A stretch of DNA of 60,051 nt, counting the filler, from Sphacelaria rigidula (Eukaryota), in the NCBI GenBank assembly GCA_964200075.2. It is 7 parts of 7 records of this genome, joined end to end, with 100 filler letters (N's around TTAATTAATTAA, not from the genome) between each part and the next. Parts side by side here need not be neighbours in the genome. Positions count along the whole stretch, not along the records: positions 42,968 to 51,459 come from CAXNAA020010985.1; positions 51,560 to 60,051 come from CAXNAA020010986.1; 5 more parts are not named here. One strand, given 5' to 3'. The notes under the pieces were generated by a model. It worked only from the letters and a program-made list of their open reading frames with translations. It did no database searches and was not told where the DNA came from. This document shows, one piece after another, positions 50,071 to 60,051 of this stretch. How positions within the stretch are numbered: position 1 is the first letter of the stretch; each line of letters starts with the position of its first letter. A program made the translations under genes and the position numbers.

Positions 50071-51747
50071 TCGTGACGAGGTTCTGCTAGGGCGATCATC
50101 TCATTTCAGCTCTCGGGACGATCGCTGCCCCTCCGAGGGTTAAACAAACGCGGGGTATTCCTCGAAACGCTTACCGCGGTATGTGGAACTCAACCCTTTT
50201 GGACCCCATCCTCCTGAACGACCGAAAGCGTATTCTGCTAGCTGGTTCTTGGTGCAGAGAGTGATGCAAGTAGCAATCGACATCAACCATGCACGGTCAG
50301 AAGTCCCAAAAGAGTGGTTGGATTTGACGCGTTCCTCACCGGACGTGGCCAGTACTGCGGTAGTGGAAAGCAGTGATCAGTGCAGCGCTGCACACGATCG
50401 TACGGCACCGCACGGTAGAGTAAGTATGCCCACCTGCACCTAACCCAGTCACCGACCTACGTGTCTCCCAGCTCGAAGTCAGGGCAGCAACGACGTGTCT
50501 TGGGGGATGAGGACCGAAGTAGCGTACACAAACGTACAGACAGTACACTACAGTACAGTACAGTACAGTACAGTGCACAGCACAGTACTGTACTGTACGG
50601 TACGATGCGGCACATCACGGTACACATCACCAGACCACGCTACAGTACATATGCCGAGAGGTGTGCCAGCCGAAGTCACATGCACACCAGTTCGTGTGCA
50701 GCAGTTACGAGCAGCTTGCGACCCCGATTTCGCGGCTGCCAGTCGTGGCTGGAGGGCAGGTGGGCAGGAGTGGCAGTCCCTGCAGCCGCTGCGCATTGTG
50801 CAGTCGTCGTGTACGCTCGGTTCACCCGATCCCTCAGCTGCGTGTTGCTAGGAGTAAATAGGATGAGTTATTTGTACTCAGAAGTGGCCCGTTTGGCGAG
50901 GAGGTTTACAGTGTCCTTCTTACTCCCGACCCAAACGATAAACAAGCACACCGAAATTTGAAGTGTGTTCTGACCAAAGTTTGACCCTGGAAGGACCCAG
51001 GTTGTCTGAACACCACGCCCATACCTTGATTGCCTCCGTCGGCAGAGCTACTTGGCCATTGGATCGCGGCATGTTTCCCCCGAGGCACGCTTCGCCTGCA
51101 TGAACGACACACAAATCCTCCGCGTTCAGGTCGCTTGCCGCTTGATCGCACCGCTCTCTGCTTGTGTGATTGACATAGCGCCACCCGAAAATAAACAAAG
51201 ACCATGTCAACAACATATGTATCAAGTACGAACTCGGGGAGGGGCCCAAAAGGGATAACAACAGTTACGCACGACTTTGCAAGTTGCAGCACCGTCCCGT
51301 TCCAAGGTAGCTCAAAATGATCTTTCTATCACCGTGGAATGCCATACCACGGTCCTCTGATACCGTGCCGTAATTGCCGTGGATAACACGTACCGTTCGT
51401 CACGTGCCATGAGCTAAATATGTCGTCGTACTGCAGGTGCAGATGTCACGGATGGGCACNNNNNNNNNNNNNNNNNNNNNNNNNNNNNNNNNNNNNNNNN
51501 NNNTTAATTAATTAANNNNNNNNNNNNNNNNNNNNNNNNNNNNNNNNNNNNNNNNNNNNGTGAACTCAGAAGTCTAGCAAAATCATGAATACCCCCTTCG
51601 CCCGCTTCTTTCTGTTTTTTTTTTTTCTTGTCACACTTGGAATCTCTTCCGTTTCCTCGGGACGATTCCCTATTAATGGTCTCAAGGGATTAACCCGTTT
51701 CTCGCCCGGTGCATGCCTTGCGTTTTGAATTGGCGTATTGGGTCTAG

Positions 51748-51858
51748 GTGGAGGAAGCATGGAATCATGCCGCCATGGTCACCGCGGTGGAGGCAATGAG
51801 CTCGGGAGTGCTCAAGACCCGGGAGGAAGCAGAGGAGATAGTCCTCAACGAGATGGAG
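51748..51858 (+). CDS. Probable exon of an unknown protein (VEEAWNHAAMVTAVEAMSSGVLKTREEAEEIVLNEME)
   Basis: tag|GTG...GAG|gtgacg, 111 bp, phase 0-0, protein-like helical composition, AT-rich flanks. Confidence 0.55.
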
Positions 51859-54441
51859 GTGACGTCCCCCCCGCCTACACGATGCTAGTATTCGTTTTTA
51901 TGTGTAGTTGTTTTTGTATTTCTATTTGTATGTTCACGAACATTCAGATTCATGTTCTTATGATGAGCGTTTCATATTTTTATATTCATGAGCATTGATA
52001 TATATATAGATATTTATATGTGTACCTATGAACATACTTAATCATTGGCCTATGCGCGTATATATACATTTAAATAATTATATACATATTTGTATTCCTG
52101 TTTTCATCCGCATTTCATATATTATGCACCTTCCGCGTTACACCGACTACAATAAGTAGACCCAACGATTTGTGCAGTTTGCCAACAGTTCAATGACCCC
52201 GCTTTGATATTCAAAAAGCTATCGTGCACCAATCTCTGGAAATCAAGAGGCGCAGTTAACAACACCGTCAAACTTTCATTGAGTGTTCATGTGAACAACA
52301 TACCTATCGAGAAACGACTAACTCGCAACTTGAACGTTTCAAATATGAGGAATCGACAAAATGGGGCATAACCCCTGGATTTGGATACAACGTGGAGGTA
52401 GTGCACTTTCTGATGCAGGACGCAGCGCTGCACGTCGGCTGGGCACTTCGAGAACGCGTCCCAGCGCCGCAGCCCCACGCCCAACGTGCTAGGGCAGCAT
52501 GCCCTATTTTTGACACACGGGAACAGGGTTAACTCCTACGGCGTGGATATGTGGGCGTTGTAGATGATCCCCATTTTGTTAACAAACCCGCGGGGGGTAC
52601 ACCCCATGTCAGCAAGGAATGTACATAGCACCCGGTTCTGTTGACGTAAATACCCTCCACCCCGTTTTGTTCAGTGGTTACCCTCCTGCGGACTGTGCAG
52701 AGGACAACCCTAAGAGTCGGAAACATACCCCCATTTTGTCAACTTGCACCTGCCCGGAAAGGCCGAAGAGGTCAACAACCAAGAAACTGTGGTCTGCCGC
52801 TGGTTTCTCCCGCAGACCCCGGAGATCCGACGATGTGTGAAGGATGTGACGTGTCTGCTGCGGGCAGATCACAAAGATCCAAGGATTTGTGAAAAGCTTT
52901 GCCGCCACACACCCTCACAACGGCATCATGTAGGGCGAGTTACTTTCCGGAGGAGAGAGGTTGATCCCTTGAGAGTACGGACTGGTCCTGAGGGAGAGGA
53001 AAGAGGAGATAGTGTGGCGCAAGAGAGATGGGGGAAACAAACAATACGCTATCATCATGGATGTTTTTGTGTGCGTATGTCGATTATCCATGGGGAATCA
53101 GGCATGAATGAAATACACCGATTTTCTCACCCACTTTTTTTTTCTTCTTGTTTCTCATTCCCCCTTGTCCCTCTCTCTCTCTTTCTCTATTTGTATCTTT
53201 CTCTTCGTGTTTTTGTTTCTGTTCGAGTAAAATCTAGCGAGAAAGTTTCATCCCGTGCAGTCAAACCACCGCGATTACATGCGTACAATAGTAACACATG
53301 TCCTTCTATTTGCGATGAGGAATGTCTTGGTTTACACGGGCCCTCAACCGTGTGTCCGATGTGATGCCTCAGGCGATGATTTTATTGAGTCTATTTTTGG
53401 CGTTTATTTATTTATTTTTTCACTTCGCGCATTACCCTGAATGGACCAACGACCAAATAAATTAATCAGCCCGACAATTGCGGTACTTCGCCCCTATTAC
53501 GGGGGTGGAAAGGAGAAAAACAACGTTAGTCGTCCTCGCCATCACTGAAACTTGATGCTATTAATGGATAGTTTCAGGTCTTGGCGAAGGCCTCCTGATC
53601 GTGTTTGATCACCTTTTTCAACGTTCCTGCCCTCTGCCGCACCGATTCCCAGCATTTCCCCGACAATTTCCCAGAGTTTGACCCAGCACTTTCTCAGAGT
53701 GACTAATTTTTTCCATTTGATCTTTGTCGCCGTCGACGAGCCTTGGATGCAGGTGCGCTGTTTTCAGTTGATTTTAGAGTACGGCTAAACGGGGTCGTTT
53801 CGTCGTTCCCAGAAGCTCTGAGAGGCCAGCATTTGCTCTTACTTGATTTTAGAGTACAGCGAAACGGGGTCATTTCTTTCTCTGAAGCTCTGACAAAGCA
53901 GCATTGCATGATTCCCCTTCAGGAGGTTTCGGGAGCATCGCTTCCACGGTAGTGCTCTGCCTGTTGTTTTCCGCCTTCTTTCCAAGCCATGGCGGTAGAC
54001 CCTTCGTGTGTCCATGTCACACCGCACGCAGGACTGTCAGAATCGTTCCCAGAGGCTCTGAGGCAGGCGCACTTTTTCACTTGCTTTTAGACTACGGCGA
54101 AACGGGATCTCTTTGTGACCCTTTGACCGTCGGAGATGCCACCTCTTACCGTATACAGGTCCCGCATCACTTCGTGGAACCGGTATCGTTTTCACTTGAG
54201 AATTGAATCAGAATCATGCTCAGTTGTATGGGTTGAGCGGAACGACTCTCCGTCCAATCTCGGCGCACACGGGAAACATGTTGTGATCTTCCCCGCATGT
54301 CGAATTGTCTCGACTGTACTTCCCTTTTCGTGTCTCTAGACTTCTGTTGTTGTTGTTGTTGCTGCTGCTTCTGCTTTGCCATACATGCGTTTTTTCGTCA
54401 TGAGGTGCGGGCTCCTATCGTTCATATTTTAGTCGGCAGAC

Positions 54442-54575
54442 GGTCGCTCTGGTGGCTCAGTTGGTAACCCCCAAACCTTATGGCGGTTGGGTCGTCGGTT
54501 CGAACCTCGTGCAGTCACACGATCTGGAATTTTATCTCACACCATATCCAACAGTGGACGGCGACTACAACGTGT
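54442..54575 (+). mobile_element. tRNA-derived SINE-like head, family A (3'-truncated)
   Basis: GGTGGCTCAGTTGGT A-box, GGTTCGAACC B-box, then gtcacacgatctggaatttt as in the other family A copies. Confidence 0.65.
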
Positions 54576-55086
54576 TCGTGAGATTGAGAGTAGAACGCTG
54601 ATTGGGACTGGCTTTGACTATTCGCTTCAACGTAGCCAGTTTCTCATTCCGTGCGTGCTTTTCTTCGCCTCTAGCACTGACGTGTGCATACAGCTTCACG
54701 TCGATATCTTTCTCAGGGGTATCAAGGGTATCAAGGGTCTCAGTGGCGAGCTCCTACTGTACAGAGAGTAGCTTGAGCCTCGTGGAGGGGCATTCCGGAA
54801 CTGAGACGATTCATTGACTACTTGACCGCTTTTCACTCTCAATCGTATCTTCTATTCTCAATCTCACGAAAACATTGTTTACAGAATGTCGTGAGTGGAC
54901 ATAATTCGGTTTCACGGTCGACGAACGAAAGGGACCGCTGAACCCCTCTCGCGATAACAAAAGTAGGGCGACCACCACAGAATTTCCTGTGTTGATCTCC
55001 CTTCTGTGTTACACGTAACCCACACAACTGCTGTATCAGCATGAATATCGCATGGCCTCGACTTCACTTCATTTGTACTGTTTGAA

Positions 55087-55246
55087 CCCTTTTGGGACCG
55101 GAATCCCAGAAACATGTGGTTTGCACGCAGGGGCGTTTCCATGAATCAGTAATATTTTTAGTTGGAAACGATTAAAAATGATATCGATTCATACAAAGGC
55201 CCTTGCGTGCATACTACATGCTTCTGGGGATCCCGTCGCAAAAGGG
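55087..55246. mobile_element. piggyBac-like MITE (160 bp, ~50-bp imperfect TIRs)
   Basis: TGAA|CCCTTTTGGGACCGGAATCCCAGAAACATGTGG...CTACATGCTTCTGGGGATCCCGTCGCAAAAGGG|TTAA. Confidence 0.7.
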
Positions 55247-56772
55247 TTAATCCTTTGACCGGTAGGGTAGGTCATCTGGACCACGCTGTAATTTGTGAAG
55301 TCAAAGTAACTGATGCCGATTCCGATTCAACAACAGATAACCTGTCATGGCGGTCAAATGGTCAAATTCGTTGCCACTATACGGGTTCTTGGTTTGCGGG
55401 GGCAGTCAGTTCCTCAGGTTCACCTTTGATTGTGATGCGTTGTGTTGAGCCTTCGTACATACTCATAATCCATGTTGCTCTTCGGGCTAAAAACGAAACA
55501 TTTTTTTTTTTGAAATCGAACCGGCATCATACTCATGAAACACTCAGAAGACACGACAGTTTTCCCCGCCGCTTTCCATCAACCATTTGACGAAAATTAG
55601 GTGATCTGTTGAAGTGGCATCAATTTCACTCAATGAAAGTATCCATGATCCAGGTTTGCTACCGTGCTCAGTCCATGAGCTTACGCAACGCACACAGCAA
55701 TCACCGGTGCTCATGTACCTTGGCTGTCGATCCACTGATCGAGGCGGCGAAGCCGCAGAAACGCCACGCTGCGGTTGTCGTGTGCTCAACTGTTCTGCTC
55801 TTTCTGGAACCTGTTTCGTACAATGGGTCATGTCTGTGATGTTGAATCCGGGGTTGTCCGTGTTCCGGGGGATATCGGTCGCAACTGTTGGTCGAGTGTT
55901 CTTTGCTGTTTATGGACGGCTTTCGCACGACGGGATGGTCTGCCATGTTGAATCCGTGGTTGTCGTTTACCATGTTTTGGGGGGATATCGGTCGCTACTG
56001 TTGTTCGATTGTTGCCTTACTTCTTCCGTTTCTCTTATATATCCACTACATTGCGAGTATTACCTGCTTCGTTGTTGCCCACGAAGGAGGGGTAATGAAT
56101 ATTTCGTGCCTTTTCAGTTGCTGTTTCTGGCCCCTGTTCCGTAGGATGGGCGTTTCTGCGGTGCAATAGTACTGGACTCATGGTTGCGAACACTCGTGTG
56201 TATCCGTCGCGAGTCTTTGTGTCCCCGGGTATCGGGTTCCTATTCGTTCCTGTGGGTGGAAAACGTAAATGAGTGTCTTCGTATCTGTTCTTCGACGGTG
56301 GAGGTAGTCTTTTGCCCGTTCTACCGTATCGGTACAATCGTCGAAACATCATTATGCCTCTTCTTCATATCCTGCCCGCGGGACACGGGTCTCCATACGC
56401 ACACAGCGCAATATACTGCACTTGAAGCTATGATTTGTTCCGTCACCTAATGCGAGCAACGATGACCGGTCCTCATCTTCCTTCGCTATCGATCTCATTG
56501 AGCGTGGCGAGGGAAGCCACCGAACCCCTTGTATACATGTTTATATTTTCAACAGTCCTGACTACAGGATCGTGAGCACCGACGTTGGGGAGATACGTAT
56601 GATCTGCACCCCGTAAAAGACTCGACTTCCCGCTCAGAGGCAGTATCTCATCTATCTATCTTATTGCCTAGTGAGTCTGAATGGACCAGATTGTGTCAAG
56701 CAATCGATCAGTCATGACCTACCTTATAAATCCCCCTTCCCCCGCCGTCTCCCCAAACGACGTGTCGATCAG

Positions 56773-56951
56773 ATCTTCACAACTGGGGGAACCGGCATGC
56801 CAGACTATGCTGCCTTGCGCGCGGGAGCCTCCGTGGTGTACGGGCCCCTCGTCGGGGAGGATGGGCGGAAAGAGCTGCTCACCTCCGATACGTACGCGAA
56901 GACCGTCCTTCCCTTACCGGACTACTTTCTGCACAAGCTCAGGATTAAAGG
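56773..56951 (+). CDS. Probable exon of an unknown protein (IFTTGGTGMPDYAALRAGASVVYGPLVGEDGRKELLTSDTYAKTVLPLPDYFLHKLRIK)
   Basis: Acceptor gatcag|, donor AGG|gtatgc, GC-rich coding-like composition. Its phase-0 start is compatible with the 51748-51858 exon. Confidence 0.65.
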
Positions 56952-57817
56952 GTATGCTGATTCGTGTGTGTGTCCTACTCCAGTGTGTGTGTATGTGTTC
57001 GATATCATGTCTTGTGATACCAGGAGGCGGTGCGTTGTTCCAACGGTACTCGTACGTTCTTTTTTACTCGTCGTTTTTTTTGTTGGTTTGGTTGGTTTTT
57101 GGTGCTCGTTCATGATTGATCCGATTGGTTGATGTGTTTTGATCGATTGAGTTGTCGCACATGATCACATCTTGGACATTATATGGTCAACAGATGCGGT
57201 AGACAAAAATGTACCGAGTAAAGTATTGGCCTATTGCAACCACTGTCGGCCAACACTAGTTGCTACGGGCCGGCCTATACTTCGGTATATTTTTCGTCTA
57301 TTGCATCTATTGACCATGTATTGTCTGGGGTGTGCGCGCATTATTAACTGGTGCACAAAGGACCCAGCCATGGTTACAAGACAGACGTGTGCACTCAAGG
57401 CGAACAAGAAACGGTGAAGAAAAAAAATGATGAAATAAATGGAGTAAAACTGAGAAACCAAAACCAAAATCAAACGGAAGCACTAGGCTGGCTGCTGCTG
57501 CTGCTGTGGGCATGGGTCAAATCTACACTCTTTGAAATACCAAAATATTGGGTAGACCCCCTTCCCGATACGCCCTTGTACTACGAGCTGGGCCGGCAGT
57601 AAACCCCTCATTCTCTCTCTGCACTACAACTTCTCAAGTTTCCCAAATCAGCTCGACTTGAGCATATCGCTGTGAACTGCAGACTAACCTGGTAACACAC
57701 GGCACCGCCGCTGCTTGATTAGCGCAGTTTCGGCGATGACGTTATTGTACCGCATTTAGTGCCGGGTACGTTTCTTGCCATTGCGTGACAACGTGTCTGG
57801 AGACGTTTCGTTGCACA

Positions 57818-58324
57818 CATTATTATTATTATTTCCGCACATTAGTCCAATCTCTCAAACCCGTGGTTACAGATGTAGGCTCGTCTTTCCGATGCCGTCC
57901 CTGCTATTCCTTACAAGACATCGAGTCCCCTGTCATTTTTTCAGAGCCTCCGGCCTATGCTGTGGAATTGTGATAGACCGTTGCGCCGCATAGGCAAGAG
58001 CACACTCAACATGCCCAGGCAAGAGCACACTGGTAGTGCGGCAATGTGGCATCAAGCTCGTCACACGCTCGTCACAAGCGCCATAATGGGAGAGAACCTC
58101 CGAGCCAACTGTCGTGTATCACCGCGCGAGGGAGAAGTTCTACTTGAAACTGCGCTCTATCCCCCCAAAAGCAAGACCGTCACCAAAATATCCAGACCCT
58201 TTGCAACCGAGAGATACGAGAGGTTATGCACGATTAGTGCGCACCAAAAACGTTTTTGTCGTGTCGGGATTCGAACTCGTGACCTGTGTAATTTGAGGCT
58301 GTTATATCAGTTCGACCACCGGGG
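57818..58324 (-). mobile_element. Full-length tRNA-headed SINE-like element, family C, with (AAT)n tail
   Basis: Minus-strand head ccccggtggtcgaactg...gagttcgaatccc (A and B boxes). The 3' end ccacggg...ctaatgtgcggaaat(aat)n is also seen at 33250-33310 and 35230-35290. Confidence 0.7.
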
Positions 58325-58807
58325 TCACACAAAAAGTGTGACGCGAAGCCTAATTTGACGTATTTTTGGCTGAAACTTCACAAGGGTGTGGTTGACGCGA
58401 GTGCCCGTATGTGCCAGAGCGTTGTCACCGTTTTAATCATTTTTTGAGGAAATTATAGCTCTTTTACTGTTTCTGTTGAAACTTCAACTCGCTCTAACTT
58501 CCTGTTTTTTTGGTTTCCCGTGACACTCCTTACAGGGTTGCGCGCATTGATGATGAAAATGTGTCAAAATTTCAGCGTCTAGCTCTTCGAATCGTCAACA
58601 GCATCTCCACTCTTCGTTTCGAAATCACTGATGGCCGGCCCAGTTCGTTTACTCAATGCGTCTTTTTTTTTTGGTGTTCAGGGTTACTTTTATTTGAAAA
58701 CCTTGTTCTAATATCGCTTTTTTGTCTGGTTTGTCATTATTTCCTGCGAGCAGACGCTGATTCAATTTATTTGTTCATTTGTGCCTCAGGTTTGGAGGCA
58801 CCCTTAA

Positions 58808-59729
58808 CCCTTTTGGGACCGACCTTCAGAACGACCAATGAGGCTGGTCAGGAATGACGTGTGCACGAAACTGTGGCGTGTTGCTGAAAATCCCCGTATG
58901 TAACCGCAGGGTTATGACAAAGACCGAAAGTTCCAATCCTTCTTCAGGTGCAGGGTGTGCATTAGGTGGTGTACATCTAATGTAGCAAGCAGTATGGGTT
59001 GTGGTCGGGGTGGGCTGCCATTTTCCACCTTGTTGCATGCAGCAAATTCTCTTCGAACGGTATTAGCGTTGCGGCGCGCATGCATACAACAGTATAGTAC
59101 AGTACAGGCTAGTGCGCCTCTCCAACTGAAGTAGCAGCTGCCGCTGCATACTCCTTTGCACGTCCTGGGCAATTCTCAGCTATCGAAATTAGCTGCCTGT
59201 ATGCAGCTTTGTCATCCCCGTCCACAACATACATGTGGACTGCACACTGCAAGTCATCCGCGGAGGGATACGCAGAATTCATGACAGTAGCTCCTTTTGT
59301 TTTTCCACGGCCCACCTGGACTTTGTGCCTCGTGAAAATGACGACATGGTGGCATGTACACTCCTTCCCGCTTTTTTCCGGTCCACCCTGTGTTAGTGTA
59401 AATTACTACGTTTTAGTATAGAATTGGGACCCAAAAAACACTCCGGAAAATCTCGGCAAGGGTATACTGAGCCCAAGTAATATCATAAAACCAAGCCGCG
59501 ACCACCTTGCACTCGGAAACCTGGAGAGGCTTATCTGGGCCAGGGATAGGGCCCCCACACGATCTTTGCAGTGGCATCACACTCAACAACAATCCCTGCG
59601 CTGGTCGTTCGGGTCTGGTCGATAAAGTTCACCTCGCCGTGATTGGGCAGGTCGCTCGAAGACTTATTTTCAAGTATTTCACTAACACAGGGTCAACCCT
59701 GTGTTAGTGGGGGTCCGGTCCCAAAAGGG
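58808..59729. mobile_element. piggyBac-like non-autonomous element (~920 bp)
   Basis: TTAA|CCCTTTTGGGACCG ... CGGTCCCAAAAGGG|TGAA: a perfect 14-bp TIR, CCC termini and a TTAA-like TSD. Confidence 0.75.
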
Positions 59730-60051
59730 TGAATCCATGCTACACAGGTTAACAGCGTCCTGGAAACTCGTCAGACGATTCAATTCCTGCACATCGTCAA
59801 GATGTAGGGGGGAAAATACGAAGCATCCACATTTTTGTCTCATGTTAAAGATCACAATTATGCGTGGTTATCTCAGCCGCTGGTGCACGACCATGTACGT
59901 GAAAGCGTGGTTTTCTTGTACGTTGAGGGCGCTCCGGGGATCAGTTGCACCATTCTCAAGGCGGGGGGAGGGGGACGGAGGTTGTTTGGCTTCCTTCCCC
60001 CCCCCCCCCTGCCGTCCCCGCGTTGTGTGGGCGGGCCCCCCATGGGGGTGG

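Noticed and set aside
54449..54512. tRNA genes here and at 6600, 31858, 35890 and 58260
   Set aside because: A and B boxes are present, but no proper cloverleaf or acceptor stem forms, and each continues into a shared repeat body.

Overview
Eukaryotic, repeat-rich, intron-containing DNA, inferred to be a stramenopile (probably a brown alga) from its gene style and transposon content. The window is not one locus. Seven unrelated contigs of 8495, 8494, 8493, 8493, 8492, 8492 and 8492 bp, sorted by size, are joined by artificial 100-bp N/TTAATTAATTAA/N spacers, so nothing should be linked across a spacer. Host gene pieces: a large multi-IQ plus two-WW-domain protein with very large exons (contig 2), a 2-3 exon unknown gene (contig 3), a gene with an atypical FYVE-like zinc finger missed by the ORF track (contig 4), an ABHD11-like alpha/beta-hydrolase exon (contig 5) and two orphan exons (contig 7). 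Mobile DNA: a Ty1/copia 3' end with PPT and LTR, a decayed DIRS/Ngaro-type tyrosine-recombinase retrotransposon with split direct repeats, an RTE LINE tail, gypsy remnants, a plant-type mariner fragment, piggyBac-like TTAA MITEs, several foldbacks and three tRNA-headed SINE-like families. I found no convincing new multi-gene system. The best leads are the IQ/WW protein, the atypical FYVE finger, the YR retroelement architecture and the non-autonomous element families.
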